Origin: the human T2T-CHM13v2.0 reference genome, Homo sapiens
Assembly (NCBI RefSeq): GCF_009914755.1
Contig: NC_060929.1
DNA length: 64,000 nucleotides
Direction: 5' to 3' (one strand)
The position numbers were made by a program, and so were the translations under genes. Shown here in pieces: positions 39,518-54,302 of this stretch; the first letter of the stretch is position 1; each line of letters begins with the position of its first letter. The notes beneath the pieces were generated by a model. It was not told the origin of the DNA and made no database searches. It was given only the letters and a program-made list of their open reading frames with translations.

Positions 39518-39597
39518 TTCTCTGAGCATCCAGCCTCTAGGAGCTGTGCCTCCTGGCCTATTCCTGTTCGTGGATTGTCTGGATGCATCCTTGAGAC
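39518..39597 (+). ncRNA. MIR8056: Annotated microRNA hairpin (mature CGTGGATTGTCTGGATGCAT, 39569-39588)
   Basis: GCATCCAG (39526-39533) pairs with CTGGATGC (39579-39586). The mature sequence and its position near STC2 match my recollection of hsa-miR-8056, not verified against miRBase. Confidence 0.55.
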
Positions 39598-39823
39598 TTT
39601 GCTCATGCAGTGGCTGTGGAGTTACAGAGCTTCAGGTTGCACCCTCAGTGTGGTTCTTGAGGATAGGTACCCCTTTTGTACTTATTGGGCTCTCCCTCAG
39701 CTCCTAGGAGAGATAAACACATGGTAGGTGGTCACTTACTATTTGCGGAATGAATGCACGTGGTGGGACTGAGTGGTAAATCAGGGAGAGTGGTGATTTT
39801 AAGCTGATTAGAAACACATTCCT

Positions 39824-40224
<401 letters not shown>

Positions 40225-40458
40225 CTACCTTTTCTTCTTATTCTCCCTCTTCCTATCTCCTTGCCCAGCATGGTCTCCAAACCTAAAACAAACTTATATC
40301 TTAGAGAAAATTAGGAGATTGGTAGGGTTTGAATGTGTGTGTCTTTCCAAAATTCATATGTTGGAACTTAACACCCAAGATGGGGATATTAAAAGGTGGG
40401 TCCCTTGGAAAGTGATCAGGCCCTCAGGGCTCTGACCTCATAGGTGAGATTAGTGCCA

Positions 40459-40757
<299 letters not shown>

Positions 40758-41348
40758 TAGTGACATTTTAAAGGGCTTGGGGGAGAGTTTACTCCTTTTG
40801 CCCTTCTATCTCTTCCACCTGGGAGGATACGGTGTTTGTGATACCACCCTGGAAGCAGAGAACAGCCCTCAGCAGACACCGAAGGTGCTGAGGCCTTGAT
40901 TTGGGACTTCTGAGCCTCCAGAACTGTAAGAAATACCGGCACAGCTTGTTTTATTGCACTTTGCTTTGTTGTGCTTTGAGTTACTGGTTTTTTTTTTTTT
41001 AAATATGTTGAAGATTTGTGGCACCTTTGCATTGAGCAAGCATACTAGCACCATTTTTCCAACAGCATGTACTCATTTCATGTGTCTGTATCACATTTTG
41101 GTAATTCTCACAATACTTCAAACTTTTTCATGATCTATGATGGTGATCTGTGATCATTGATGTTACTATTGTAATTGTTTTGGGGCACCCCAAACGGCAC
41201 CCATATAAGATGGCAAACTTAATCAACACAGGTTGTATGTGTTCTGACTATTCCACTGACTAGCCATTCCCCCATCTCCCTTCTCCTTGGGCCTCCTTAT
41301 TCCCTGAGATACAACAATATTGAAGTTAGGCAAATTAATAACCCTACA

Positions 41349-43124
41349 ATGGCCTCTATGTGTTAAAGTGAAAGGAAGAGTTGCATGTCTCTCACTTTAA
41401 ATCAAAAGCTGGAAATGATTAAGCTTAGTGAGGATGGCAGGTCAAAAGCTGAAAGCTAGGCCTCTTGCACCAGTTAACCAAGTTGTGCATGTAAAGAAAA
41501 AGTTGTTGAGGGAAATTAAAAGTGCAACTCAAGTGAACACACAAATGATAAGAAAGCAAAACAGCCTTATTGCTGATATGGAGAAAGTTTGAGTGGTCTG
41601 GGTAGAAGATCAAATCAGCCACAACATTCCCTTAAGCCAAAGCCCAATCCAGAGTGAGGCCCTAACTCTCTTCAATTCTATGAAGGCTGAGAGAGGTGAG
41701 GAAGCTGCAGAAGAAAGGCTGGGAGCTAGCAGAGGTTGGTTCAAGAAGTTTAAGGAAAGAAGCCGTCAGTATAACATAAAAGTGCAAGGTGAAGCAGCAA
41801 GTGCTGACGGAGAAGCTGCAGTGAGTGATCCTGAAGATCTAGCTAAGATCATTGATGAAGTTGGCTGCACTAAACAACAGATTTTCAGTGTAGATGAAAC
41901 AGCCTGATATTAGAAGATGCCATCTAGGACTTTCATAGCTAGAGAGGAGAAGTCAATGCCTGGCTTCAAAGCTTCAAAGGACAGCATGACTCCTTGGTAG
42001 GGGCTAATGCAGCTGGTGACTTTAAGTTGAAGTCAGTGCTCATTTACCATTCCCAGAATCCCAGGGCTCTTAATAATTATGCTAAATCTACTGTGCCTGA
42101 GCACTGTAAATGGAACAACAAAGCCTGGATAGCAGCACATCTGTTTGGAGCATGACTTACTCCACTGTTGAGACCTACTGCTCAGAAAAAAAGGTTCTTT
42201 TGAAAATATTACTGTTCATTGACAATGCATCTGGTCTCCTAAGAGGTCTGATGGAGAGGTACAAGGAGAATAATGTTGTTTTCATGCCTGCTAACACAAC
42301 ATCCATTCTGTGGCCCATGGATCAAAGAGTAATTTTGACTTTCAAGTCTTATTACTTAAGAGATATATTTTGTAAGGCTATAGCTACCGTAGGTAGTGAT
42401 TCCTCTCATGGATCTGGGCAAAGAAAATTAAAAACTTTCTGGAAAGGATTTACCATTCTAGATGCCATTAAGAACATTTGTGATTCATGGGGGGAGGTCA
42501 AAATATCAACATTAACAGGAGTTTGGAAGAGGTTAATTCCAACCCTCATAGATGACTGAGGGGTTCAAGACTTCAGTGGAGCAAGTCACTGCAGATGTGG
42601 TAGAAATACCAAGAGAACTGGAATGAGAAGTGGGGCCTGAAGATGTGACTGAATTGCTGCAATCTCATGATAAAACTTGAATGGATGGGAAGTTGCTTCT
42701 TATGGATGAGCAAAGAAAGTGGTTTCTTGAGATCAAAACTATTCCTGGTGAAGATGCTGCGAACGTTGTTGAAGTGACAACAATGGATGTAGAGTATGAC
42801 ATAAACTTAGTTGATAAAGCAGTGGCAGGGTTTGAGAGGATTGCCTTCAGTTTTGAAAGGAGTTATACTGTGGGTAAAATGCTATCAGACAGCATCATAT
42901 GCTACCGAAAAATCTTCCATGAAAGGAAGAGTTCATCAATGCGGCAAACTTCCCTGTTGTCTTATTTTAAGAAACTGTCAGAGCCACCTCACCTCTCAGC
43001 AAGCACCACCCTGATCAGTCAGCAGCCATCAACATCAAGGCAAGACCCCCCACCAGCAAAAAGATCACAAGTTGCTGAAGGTTCAGATGATTGCTGGCGT
43101 TTTTTAGCAATTAACTATATTTAA
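41349..43124 (+). pseudogene. Disrupted Tigger1 (pogo/CENP-B/TIGD1-like DDE) transposase
   Basis: Fragments [68 protein letters not shown] and [13 protein letters not shown]. Stop at codon 6 (TAA) plus further stops and frameshifts. Confidence 0.92.
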
Positions 43125-43201
43125 ATTAAGATATGTACATTGCTCTTGTAGGCATAATGCCATTGCACACTAAACACACTACAGTATAGTGTAAGCATAA
43201 C

Positions 43202-43492
<291 letters not shown>

Positions 43493-45749
43493 TAAGCATA
43501 ACTTTTATATGTAGTGGGAAACCAAAAAATCTGTGGGACTCACTTTATTGTGGTAGAATGGACCCGAACCCACAATATCTCTGAGGTATGCCTGTAAATT
43601 TCAGTTGTTTATAAATTACCCAGTCTAATGTATTTTGTTATAGCAGCAGGAATGGACTGAGACAGGCATGATGTGCTTGATCTTTCAGACATTTGTTTGA
43701 ATGGTAGCTACGGCTTCAGGGTTGTCATGCTTAGAACTGCATCTTGTTCATGGCTACCTAATCACGTTGGGGGTTCCCGCCCAAGTGGCCATCCCTTGGG
43801 TATCTCCAAGTTGTTCCAAGTGGAAAAACCACAGCTGTGCCTATGTAAATCCAAATAGCTCAGTAGACTGTGCAGAACAGCGGCATCCCAAGGACACCTC
43901 CCTAGTATAGGCTAACCGCTTCCATGTCCCTGGTGACATTTTGCCACACGGCCCCGGGGCCACAGTGAACATTCACTTAAGAAGTCTCTGCCTTGAGCTA
44001 GAGAACTTTTCAGTTGTAACAAAAGCCAAAGCCTTCCTGGGATTTTCTGTTAAAGACCCATCCATAACCCTGTTTTACCTCTGCTAGGATGTTTTGGAAT
44101 TGACAACCCTCATGCTTTCTCTTTTAACCAAAAACACCACCCTCGTTGGTGAGTGAGGCAGAATGAATGAACACAAGGAGGGCATTGCAAATGACTTTTG
44201 AAATGGCAAAAATTCTTTTTATTTTGTCGTTTTTATGGAAAGGTCAAATAATTGAAAAAAAGAAGTTCTCGATGTTCTACTAAGGGTTTTCAAAAAAACA
44301 CACTTTGTTGATAAAATATGAACTGTTTGAGAGATTTATAAGAGTCTAAAATCCTGCATAGCCCTTCAGAATTCGAAGCAGCAGGAAACCACTGTGATAT
44401 TTTTAAAACAAGTATTTATAAAAGTAATTGGGTACTCTTGATGTGGAATAAGGAGGGGAGGAAAAAAAACTGCTAAGGAAGCTATATTGGACTTGACATA
44501 AAAGCGAGGTATGTAATTTGGGAGCAGAACGGAGGGTGAGGAGCGTGTACACACAGTACCTGTGGGCCTCTCTGGTTCTGAAGCGCTAGAGGCAGGAACA
44601 GAAAGCCACGGGCGGCTGGCCCAGGTGGCCGCCTCCCTCGGTGCTGGGAGGGAGGGCAGCTCTTTGAGGCCTGAGGGAGGTGTGCAGGTAGGGCAGCTCA
44701 TGTCTCAAACCCCTGTTTAAAACTCTGAGGCGCTCTCGAACTGATTACATGCAAGCGGGACAGAAAACACATGTTTCTGAGAACATTTTGGTTAAAATTA
44801 AAAATGTGGCAGGGACCGTGCCAATAATTTACTTGAGAATATCCGAACCAGATGTTGCTAGCCCGTAATTCCGAGTAATTTGCCAAAATTATGTATTTAC
44901 TTTAATCCCAGAGATGAAGTTAAAATATGCACGGTTTTTGTTATTTGTGATGCAAAAAAAAAAAAAAATCTAATATGACTTCAGCTATTACTGGGTGGAG
45001 AATGAAGGATGGTCAGGATGTCTATTAACGAATACTTGAGCGTACACTGCGTTGACCAGACGGCTATCAGAAACAGATCCTCAAAAAGTAAAATACCCTA
45101 GGAGGTTTAGCAAACATTGTTGGGTAGGATGTTAATTCGTGAAATGACAACCTTGCATTAAGACAGCGTTTCTACTGGTGACAGAGCTCTAATTCCTAAG
45201 TGGCTCCCACTCATCATCTTGTTTGTGTGATGCCAAACATCTGGGTGAAAATGGAAAAAAATTCAGTCAGCTGTCTGGATTCCTGTTCTCTGTGGAGCCA
45301 AATAATTGAAAAGTGGGGCTAGTTGGTCAGTAGACAACATGTTTTTGTTCTAATTTGGATGTTCTTCATCTAGCTAGATTGAGACAACTTCGCGTAGTGC
45401 ATAAGCATGAAAGCTCTGAAGTTAGATCGACTGGGTTCAAGTCCTGGCTTTGCCACAGATCAGCTTTGTGATGTTGAGGTGGTTATTGAGGTTCTCTCTT
45501 CTTAGTTTTCCTATCTGTAAAATGAGTGCAATAATAGTGTCTACCTTGTAGGGTTGTTGTGAAGATTAAATGAGTTAATAGTCATATGTAATACAATATC
45601 TAACTGCAGTAAGTGCCCTCCGTAAATATTAGCCATCTCCATTCTTCATGGTATTTGAGACCTAGGGAGGGTGGTCCTTGTCATTGCATTTATGACTTTT
45701 GTTTCTTTTGGCAAATGAGAAGTGTTACTTGGTGAGGGGGAGAGTTTAT

Positions 45750-46692
45750 TTGTTTATTTATTTATTTATTTATTTATTTATGAGACACATTCTTGCTCTG
45801 CCGCCCAGGCTGGAGTGCAGTGGTGCAATCATGGCTCATTGTCCATTGCAGCCTCGATCTCCTGGGGTCAAGCAATCTTCCTGCCTCAGCCTCCCAGATA
45901 GCTGGGTATAGAGATACTCACCTCCATGCCCGGCTAATTTTTTTTATTTTTACATTTTTCATAGAGATGGGGTCTTGCTGTGTTGCCCAGGCTCGTACCA
46001 AACTCCTGGCCTCAAGCAGTCCTCCTGTTTCAGCCTCCTAAAGTGCTAGGAATACAGGCATGAGCCACCATGACCAGCCTTTGTTTTTCCCCCTTTTAAT
46101 TGTGGTAAAATATACAAAACATAAAATTTACCATTTTAGCCTTTTTTGTGTGTGTGAGAGACAAGGTCTTGCTCTGTGGCTTGGGCTAGAATGCAACGGC
46201 ACTATCATAGCTCACTGCAGTCTTGAACTCCCAGGCTCATGCAATCCTCCCACCTCAGCCTCTTGAGTAGCTGGGACTACAGGCATGAGCCACTATGCCC
46301 TGTTAATTTTTAAATTTTTTTGTAGAGACAGGGTCTCCCTAAACAGGCCCAGGCTGGTCTCGAACCCCTGGGCTCAAGTGATCCTCCTGCCTCAACCTCC
46401 CAAAGTGCTGGGATTATAGGTGTGAGCTGCCGTGCCCAGGCCATTTTAGCTATTTTTGAGTGTACGCTTAAGTAGCATGAAGCACATTCACATTATTGTA
46501 CAACTATCACCACCATTCATTTCCAGAAGGTAATTTATTTTATTTCAACAATTTTTAAACAATTTTTATTTTTTTTGTAGAGATGGGTCTTGCTATGTTG
46601 CCCAGGCTGTCTCAAACTCCTGGCCTCAAGTGATCCTCCCACCTCGGTGCCTCAAAGTGCTGGGATTATAGGCATGAGCCACTGTGCCCAGC
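45750..46692 (-). mobile_element. Cluster of antisense Alus (~45750-46079 with a (TTTA)n tail, ~46143-46442, monomer ~46560-46692) around an L1M 3'-end fragment
   Basis: Recognisable Alu sequences. The L1 3' end TTTTAATTGTGGTAAAATATAC...ACATTATTGTACAACTATCACCACC is split by an Alu with TSD ATTTTAGC. Confidence 0.85.
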
Positions 46693-48774
46693 AGAATTTA
46701 TGTGTAACATAAAAATATCTTTGGAGCTCCTGGCTGGCTATCCACAGCCTCAGCTTCACCCCTGTCCCCTCTTACCTAACTATTACAGTGGCCTGGTGGT
46801 TGGGCTTTCTGCTCACCTCTAATCCCTGTTGTGTCTGTAAACCAGTCCTTCTAAAATGCAAATCTGATCTCCGTTAGCCTTAGGGTCTTTCCATTCTCCA
46901 CCCACACCTTCCCTCCAGAAGTAGGCTAGGCCTCATTAGTAGGGCATTTAAGGCATTTAAAATTTCAGTTCTTGGCACACAGGCCTCAAGAAATGTGGGG
47001 AGTTCTCTGAACATGCACTGCCTGAGGGATAAATGATCCAGGAATCATGCCTGTTTTGCAGACGAGAAATGGTGACATCTCCAGCCTGGGATTCCACCCT
47101 ACTTAGGACGGGGTACTTTTCCGGGCAGCCTCATTGTGCATAATTTGATTAACACCAAGAGCCAAGCAGCATTCTCTGATTCCAAGCACCTGCTCGGGGA
47201 TAGTCCTGCCATGAGAAATGGTGCCACCGAGTCTGGGTGTGGGAGATCTTGGTTCTACGGCCTCTGCCCCGGGTTTGTCGAGGGACTTGACCTTCCTGGG
47301 TCTCTATTCCTCATCTCTGAAAATAGAAGGTTGTTCTTTGCTGGCTCTGTGGGAGTGGATGAAGCCTGCGAGGCAGAGGGGTGCTAGCCTCCCTCAGAAG
47401 GGTAGAGAGGGATGGTCAGAGGGAGAAGGAGTGGAGTCCTTATTCACCGCTTTGCTTGGTGAGCAAACTGGCTCATGTCACCTGCTGACATTCAGAAAAT
47501 GTGCATCCCAGGGCCTGGTCCAGAGCAGCTGTCAATGAGGCGTCTATGGAATGAAGCCATGATTTGGGTCCTCAGCGAAGCTTTCTGCAGTCATCCCTCA
47601 AGTTCTAATAATCAGCTCCCTCAGGCCCATATCCGCTAGCCCATCATACCTTGCATTAGCTATTCACAGCCTGCTCTTGTTCTGTAATTTACCTTCTTGG
47701 GGAAAGGACACCTTTCTTCTAGATGTTAAAAAACAAAATAACCTAAATGCTCAGTAGGTTCCATTCCTGCAGTGTGTTCCCCATTTCCTACACTTGGCTC
47801 CGTTAGTTTGGAAATGATCCCAGGGCTTTCTGGCTTTCAAGATTGGACAAGGATCTCCCCGGATGGTAAGAGTACAGGGAGAAACTTCTCTAGTTTCCCT
47901 CCCGGCCATCTGTGGGGAGGTTGCTCTTTAGTGATCTTCCCCATTTGACCTGTTTTCTGGGAGATTCCACTGTCACACTGAGTTGGAGTCTCCCAAAAGC
48001 TGCCCCTGGGAAAGCTTTGCCGGTTGCCTTGAGTCGAATAAAGGCTGCAAAATGACTTGAAAAAAATACTTGCAATATGCTTTGAAGTTATTGATGATGC
48101 TAAGATTAGACAAGGAAGATCCCTGCTTGCTAAAAAGATTTATCAGGTTTTGCTTTTCTGCTATTTCCAAGAAAACCTCAAAAAGAGGGATGGCCTCTCA
48201 TGGGGACATGAATGGTACCACCTGAGGGAGAGGTGGCTGTCATCACAGCAGGGAAAGGCCAGCTCCAGAATGTGTGGGTCAAATTTTTCGCTTGAGCAGG
48301 AGGTGGAGTTGGAGATGGGCTGCCTTTGCTGCTGCCCTGCCTGGGCCGGTCTGTGCTTGTCATTTACACCCTGTGCATCTTCAGGGGACGGGGAAGTAAG
48401 GGAAGCTTTCTTCTTTTAAATCTTCTAGTAATTTGAGGAAGGCCAGTCGTCAGACCAGGAGAGTTGTCCACTACCTACGCCTCTGGCAAATGCATCTGCC
48501 TGCCTGCCACAGCCCCGCTTGCAGTCAGTCAACAGCCCGTACTGAGCCCTTCTGTCTGTGGGGCCCTGTGGGCGCACGAGGAGATGGAGGAGGAGACATT
48601 GCTGTTGTTTCCAGCACGGGGTTCAGGGCTGGCTTCTGGGAGATTGTTTATTTCTTCTGAGGAATTTTGCTGGCAATTAGGCCAGGTTGCTTATGGGAAA
48701 ACACAAGTATGTTGGTGATGGTCTGAACAGTCATGCTTCTTATGGGTGTGGCCACTCATTGTACTTGCACAGCC

Positions 48775-48955
48775 ATGCACACCCACGCACACACACACGT
48801 GGACACATACACATGCAACCATACCCCCTGCATGCAGGTACTCATGTGCACACACGTGTGTACCTACATGCAAGCTGCACACATGCACAAATGCTCTCAT
48901 GCACAAACGCGAGTGCACACTCACACAAACATGCACATATGTGGACACACACTCA
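48775..48955. repeat. Degenerate (CA)/(CACATG)n low-complexity repeat
   Basis: Read directly; explains the His/Thr/Cys-rich ORFs at this position. Confidence 0.85.
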
Positions 48956-50095
48956 CCATGCCCCTCTTTAATTAAGCAGAGGAATACAAACATCAAACAA
49001 CAGCTTATTTATAGAAACAAGAAACCTAGCAGAAATACATAAATAAATGCCAACATAAAATCTTATACTTTTCTCTCTACTCCTTAACTATGAATACTTC
49101 TTCATCCTATTTGTCATTCTGTTTTGAGAAGAGAGACCAATACTTCCTCTCGCTTTTACTTTGGCAATGAAAACTGCCTTCGAGTCTCATTCCTGCTCTC
49201 TGCCTGCACAAAAGCTCTGGATCTGCCTTCTCGGGAGGCAGCGGCCTTTGATGGTTAAACTCTCGGCAGCTGGTCTCTGAGGCCAGCTCTGATACTTAGT
49301 AGTGGTGTAACCTGGGGCAAGTCACCTAACTCTTTCTGCTTCAGTTTCCTTGCTTGTAAAATGGGGAAAATAATATCATTGCCTTTTCGGGATGTTGTGA
49401 GGATTAAATGAATGCTGAGTCCAGTGCCTGGCATGTAGTATCAGATAAATACTAGTGATGATTCGTTTTCCCCTGGCCCTGGTCATTCTCTGGAGAGATG
49501 CTTCTGGCTGTCTTGGGTCATCGTCCTTCTGTGCTCATCCCTCCCGTATTTTAGGAAAGAAGTTATCTTTCTTTTCCATGTGATCAGGGGAAGAAGGTGG
49601 CAGCAAGATTAGACACAGGCCGCATGATTCTTTTCTCCCATCCATAGACTTCTGTCTACCTGACTGTCAGCTTTGATTTTTACCCTTTTGAGCTATAGCT
49701 GGGATTACTCCTAATTTGCAGCACATGGTTCCTTAGCAACCTTCACTAATATAGGATTAGGTATAAAAATACTTTTGGTTAGAATTTTAAACATCTTCAT
49801 TTATTATAGACCATTGCTTTTAAAAAATCTTTTATTTCCCCTCTCCTTATTACAAAAGTAATGCAAATTCATTGTCAAATAATTAGAATCCCCAGATAGT
49901 CAGAAGGAATAAAAGCCCGCCTTTCGCTGGCATCTTGATATAAATTCTTCCAGTTTTAAAAATGGTGATGCATATATATTTGTACAAAATGGGAACTGTT
50001 CTTCACATCCTTTTTGTAAAAAGCTTTCCTCTCATTTCACAATGACCTTGAGTCCATGATGTTTTAAAATGATTTCTAAAAGAATATAAAGTTTC

Positions 50096-50290
50096 GGCTG
50101 GGCGCGGTGGCTCACGTCTGTAATCCCAGCACTCTGGGAGGCCAAGGCGGGCAGATCACCTGAGGTCAGGAGTTTGAGACCAGCCTGGTCAACATGGCAA
50201 AACCCCGTCTCTACTAAAGATACAAAAAATTAGCCAGGCATGGTGGCACATGCCTGTAATCCCAGCTAGTTGGGAGGCTGAGGCAGGAGA
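50096..50290 (+). mobile_element. Alu, 3' truncated
   Basis: GGCTGGGCGCGGTGGCTCACG... ending at GAGGCAGGAGA without a tail. Confidence 0.9.
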
Positions 50291-50557
50291 GGTATTGCTT
50301 GTGAGGGTTCAGCCTTTATTCAGACATGCTGGGGCCCTGTAGCCAACAGGGTGAACATGAGAACAGCAGTGGCAGGTGGCTGAATGGGTTCTCAGACTGG
50401 CAGCACCAAGCTGGAAGGGACTGGGATTCATACCCGGATGTTGACTGCCTGCACTTGGCCAGTGCTGATCACAACACCCTTCAACCCCAGCAGGAGTAGG
50501 CACCTCTTTCTGAGCACCCAGGGCTCCTCCTGTCCTATGTGGAGACCATTTCTTTAT

Positions 50558-51117
50558 TGTATTAGTTTCCTATTGCTACTGTAACAAATTACGACAGACA
50601 TAGTGGCTTAATAACACACAAATGTATTATCTTACAGCTCTGCAGACTAGAAGTCCAACACAAGGTTTCACTGGGCTACAATCAAGGGGCTAGCTAGCTG
50701 CATTCTTTTTGTTATTTTTATTTTTTTTCTTTTAAAGGCCATTGGTTTTGGATCTTTTTGGAGGCTCTCAAGGGGCAATCTAGAGGCCACCTTTTCCAGC
50801 TTCTAGAGGCCGCCTGCATTCCTTGGCTCATGGCCGCTCCTTCCATCTTCAAAGCCTGCCTGGGTGTGTTGAGTCCTCTTCACATTTGAATCACTCTGAT
50901 CTCCTCTTCTGCCTCCCCTTCTACTTTTAAAAACCTCTGTGATTCCACTGGGCTCACCTGGATAATCCAGGATAATCTCCCTATTTTAAGATCTGTTGAT
51001 TGACACTCTTAATTCCATTGGCCACCTTAATTCCCTTTGCCACATAAGGTAACATAGTCACAGGTTGCAGGGATTAGGATGTGGACATCTTTGGAGGCCA
51101 TTATTCTGCCCACCACA
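50558..51117 (-). mobile_element. MLT1 (C/D-like) solo LTR
   Basis: TGTATTAGTTTCCTATTGCTACTGTAACAAATTAC...ATTCTGCCCACCACA. Confidence 0.85.
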
Positions 51118-53726
51118 TCTATTGCCTTAAATTGTGCTTTCCATCTCTCACTGTTAATACATCTCAGGTGGAGTGCTTATGGCTCACCTACCTGCCCAGA
51201 TGTAAACTCATGACAGACTGAAATTGGGTCTTGTTCTGACCTGAATTGTTCATGATTTCATCTTCAAACCTTAGCTACTGATACCCCAGGAGGTATGGGA
51301 GAACTTTCCAAGGGCTATGTGGGCAAAGGTGGCTTCAAAGGAATTCCCTATGTGTCCTGTGCTAACACACGTCTGCCTGAGAATGTGCCTGTCGTGGAGG
51401 CTGGTTCTGTTTTTGCCTCCTACTCTTTCCAGACGTTTTTCTTTCACCTTAACAAAGAAAGACCCAGCCCTATCTCCCTGGAAGTACCAAACAGTGACAT
51501 TCAAAACACCGATGTCTGCAAAGCCTCCATGTCCCCCTCAACCTGATTAAGACATATGTTTTCAATAGATTGTATGTATATGTTTATTACTCATATACCA
51601 AAATTTGTAATATGTTTACATTGCCTTGATCAAATGTATACAAATAATGGTTACAATGATATTCAATCCAGAGGAAAATTATTAGCACTCAGATCCTAAT
51701 GGTCCCGGAGGTAAAAAGGAAACTAGAATTTCAACTTATATACATTTTTTTCTTGCATAGAATTAGGATAACAATGTGATTATAAAAGACTTACTAGCAC
51801 AAAATTATATTAGAACAAATAAATTTGATTTCAAAGAGGAAAAAGGAAAAATGTAAAATTTTATGACTCATAAAGAAGAGTTTGTTCTTGTATTTTTTAA
51901 AATAGCTGATGGTGAGTATCAAATTACTATGGTATTTAGATTCCATTGGAAACATTTAAAAGAGTAATGTAACAGTTTTATTTATAAAATGTCAATATTT
52001 ACAATACAGTGGGAATTGCATCGTTCATATTATTTAAATTTATGTTAATTTTAGATGTCAACCAAAAATGTGCAAGGACTTACTTAGTGTATCAAAATTC
52101 TTTAGGAGGTAACATGAGCTTAAAAGTTTGAAGACTTTAACTTTTAAAGTGAAAAGACTGCTTTATGGGACCTTATGCACAGTAAGTGCTTAAAAACGTT
52201 TGTAGTTGAAGTTTGTAAAACATTAGGATAAAAGTAAGTTGGTCAAAAAAAAGTATAAAGTTAGAAAGTTTTAATATAGAAGATTCTCTAGTGATCCCTT
52301 AGATGTGCTCCCTTTGATAGCTCATGAGCATCTTTGGGGACTCTGGGATTCTAAGAAATCTTTAACTTCCTTTCTTAGTCGGAGACGTTGATGATTGGCT
52401 TAAGGCAGTAGAGATTGGCTTAAGATGTTGATGATGGGCTTTGCAAAATCCCTGAAGAATAGTACTCAGGAAGGGAATGGAGATTTTGGTTGCTCATTCA
52501 TCCATCCAACCAACCAACCATCCAACCAACAAACCAACCAACTACCCAGTCAGTTTCAAAGAGTGCTAGGTCCTAGGCTAGGAGCCTGGAGGTAGAGATT
52601 GGAGGGGAGACAGGAAGTACAAAGTTGAATTATGTATAGTTCCTTCCCTCAGGATCCTGCAGGCCATAATGAAGTACATAGCATCTTGGCCTTCCCTGGC
52701 TTCCCCTGGAGACACTGTCCCTTTCTGCTTTACTCCATCCTTTTTAGGATTGTGTCTGATCGACAAAACATGTTTCTGGTAGAAGGGGATTTTGCTGTCT
52801 ATGCTAGTTGCATTTGGGAGCAGGGTCCCAATGTGGCAGCTACTCCTCCCCTTCCCTGCATATGTCTGTGAGGCCTCCTGCACCCTCCCTCACCTATGCT
52901 CCTGGCCGCCTTAGGTTGTTGATTCCTCGTTAGCAGGAGTGAGTCCATTTTTAGGAGTGATGAGTGGATGGAAAAATGTCACCAGTCACTCATGACAGAT
53001 GTCGCCAAAGCTTAATTAAGACTAGACGAGACGGTTTCAGCTCAGTAACTTCATAGATGGTGTAGGAAGAATGCCTGATCATAGAGCAAGGATTCAGGGT
53101 CTCAGGCAAGATTTTAAAAATCAATCTGTGTCACCTTCATGCAAAGTGGTCTGCTCCACATTACAGGGGGTGCAAAATGTACAAGATGTAGTTTCTGTTC
53201 TCATGGAGGTTATCATTAAAAGTTTGCATGTGAAAAGAAATGTATAAGATATAAAATTGTGTTTTTACTCCTGCCTCAATATTCTCTCTCTCTGTCTCTC
53301 TTCTTAGGCTCTGTCTCTCTCTGTCTGCTAAGGGACCCGGCAGGGCTCCCAGGCCATGTATCTGATGGAGTAATCCTTGGGGAGAGGGGATGGTGATGAG
53401 TACTTGAGAGTAAAGAACCACTGGAGAGAAAAACAGAACAGGTCCAGGAAGTGGGCGTGGGGCATGAAGGAATCAAAAACCTTATTGTAGGATTTTGGGA
53501 GCAGTTTTGGTGGGGAGTTAGTCAAGGCCAGGCATGAGGAAAGAGGCTGCTGGGGGCTCTGTGGGTGGGAAGAGAAGTGGAGAATGAGAAGAGTGGAGAA
53601 GATGGCTTGATTAGGTGTTGGTATGGGCTGTGAATTAGACCCCCTTCGGTGTTCTAGCAGGGGTGCTGGTAAAGACTGGAATTGCTCACATTTAGGAAGA
53701 CCTCGCTTCCTAAAGTGTTATCAGAC

Positions 53727-54134
53727 TGTGTTAGTCTGCTAGGACTGCCATAACAAAGTGCCACAGACTGGATGCCTGAAACAACAGAAATTTATTGTCT
53801 TACAGTTCTGGAGGCTGGAAGTTGAAGGTCAAAGCATCCGTGAGGCTGTTTCCTTCTGAGGGCTGTGAGGGCAGGCTCTGTTCCAGGGCTCTCTCCTTGG
53901 TGTGTAGATGGCCATCTTCATGTTCATGTGGAGTGCTCTCTGTATGCATGCTTGTGTCCAAATTTCTCACACCAGACATATTGGGTTAGGGGCCCACCCT
54001 ACTCTGGTATGACTTCATCTGAGTTAGTTACATTTGGAATAACCCTATTCTCAAATAAGGTCACACCTGAGATTCTGGGGCTAGGACTACAATTCAGGAT
54101 TTTTTGTTGGGCAGACATAATTCAGTCCACAACA
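53727..54134 (-). mobile_element. MLT1 (A/B-like) solo LTR
   Basis: TGTGTTAGTCTGCTAGGACTGCCATAACAAAG...AATTCAGTCCACAACA. Confidence 0.85.
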
Positions 54135-54193
54135 CAGGTATACTCTGGACCACATGGTGCCCTAGCTTGTATTTGGGTTATTGTATATATATA

Positions 54194-54302
54194 TTTTTTT
54201 AATGTCATGCTTCATGAATTTTTGTGTCATCCTTGCACAGGGGTCATGCTAATTTTCTCTGTATTGTTCCAATTTTAGTATATGTGGTGCCAAAATGAGC
54301 AC
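54194..54302 (-). pseudogene. U6 snRNA processed pseudogene
   Basis: Reverse complement GTGCTCATTTTGGCACCACATATACTAAAATTGGAACAATACAGAGAAAATTAGCATGACCCCTGTGCAAGGATGACAC... aligns to U6, including the ACAGAGA box. Short poly(A) tail; TSD TATATATA(T/C)ATTTT. Confidence 0.93.

Noticed and set aside
41593-43124. Tigger1 ORFs as an intact domesticated TIGD-type gene
   Set aside because: There is a stop at codon 6 and several further stops and frameshifts, so this is a decayed transposon copy.
44617-44646. CTCF-like CCAGGTGGC motif
   Set aside because: Only the partial core matches and the flanks fit poorly.
48687-49042. His/Thr/Cys-rich ORFs resembling metal-binding peptides
   Set aside because: They are translations of a degenerate CA-type low-complexity repeat.
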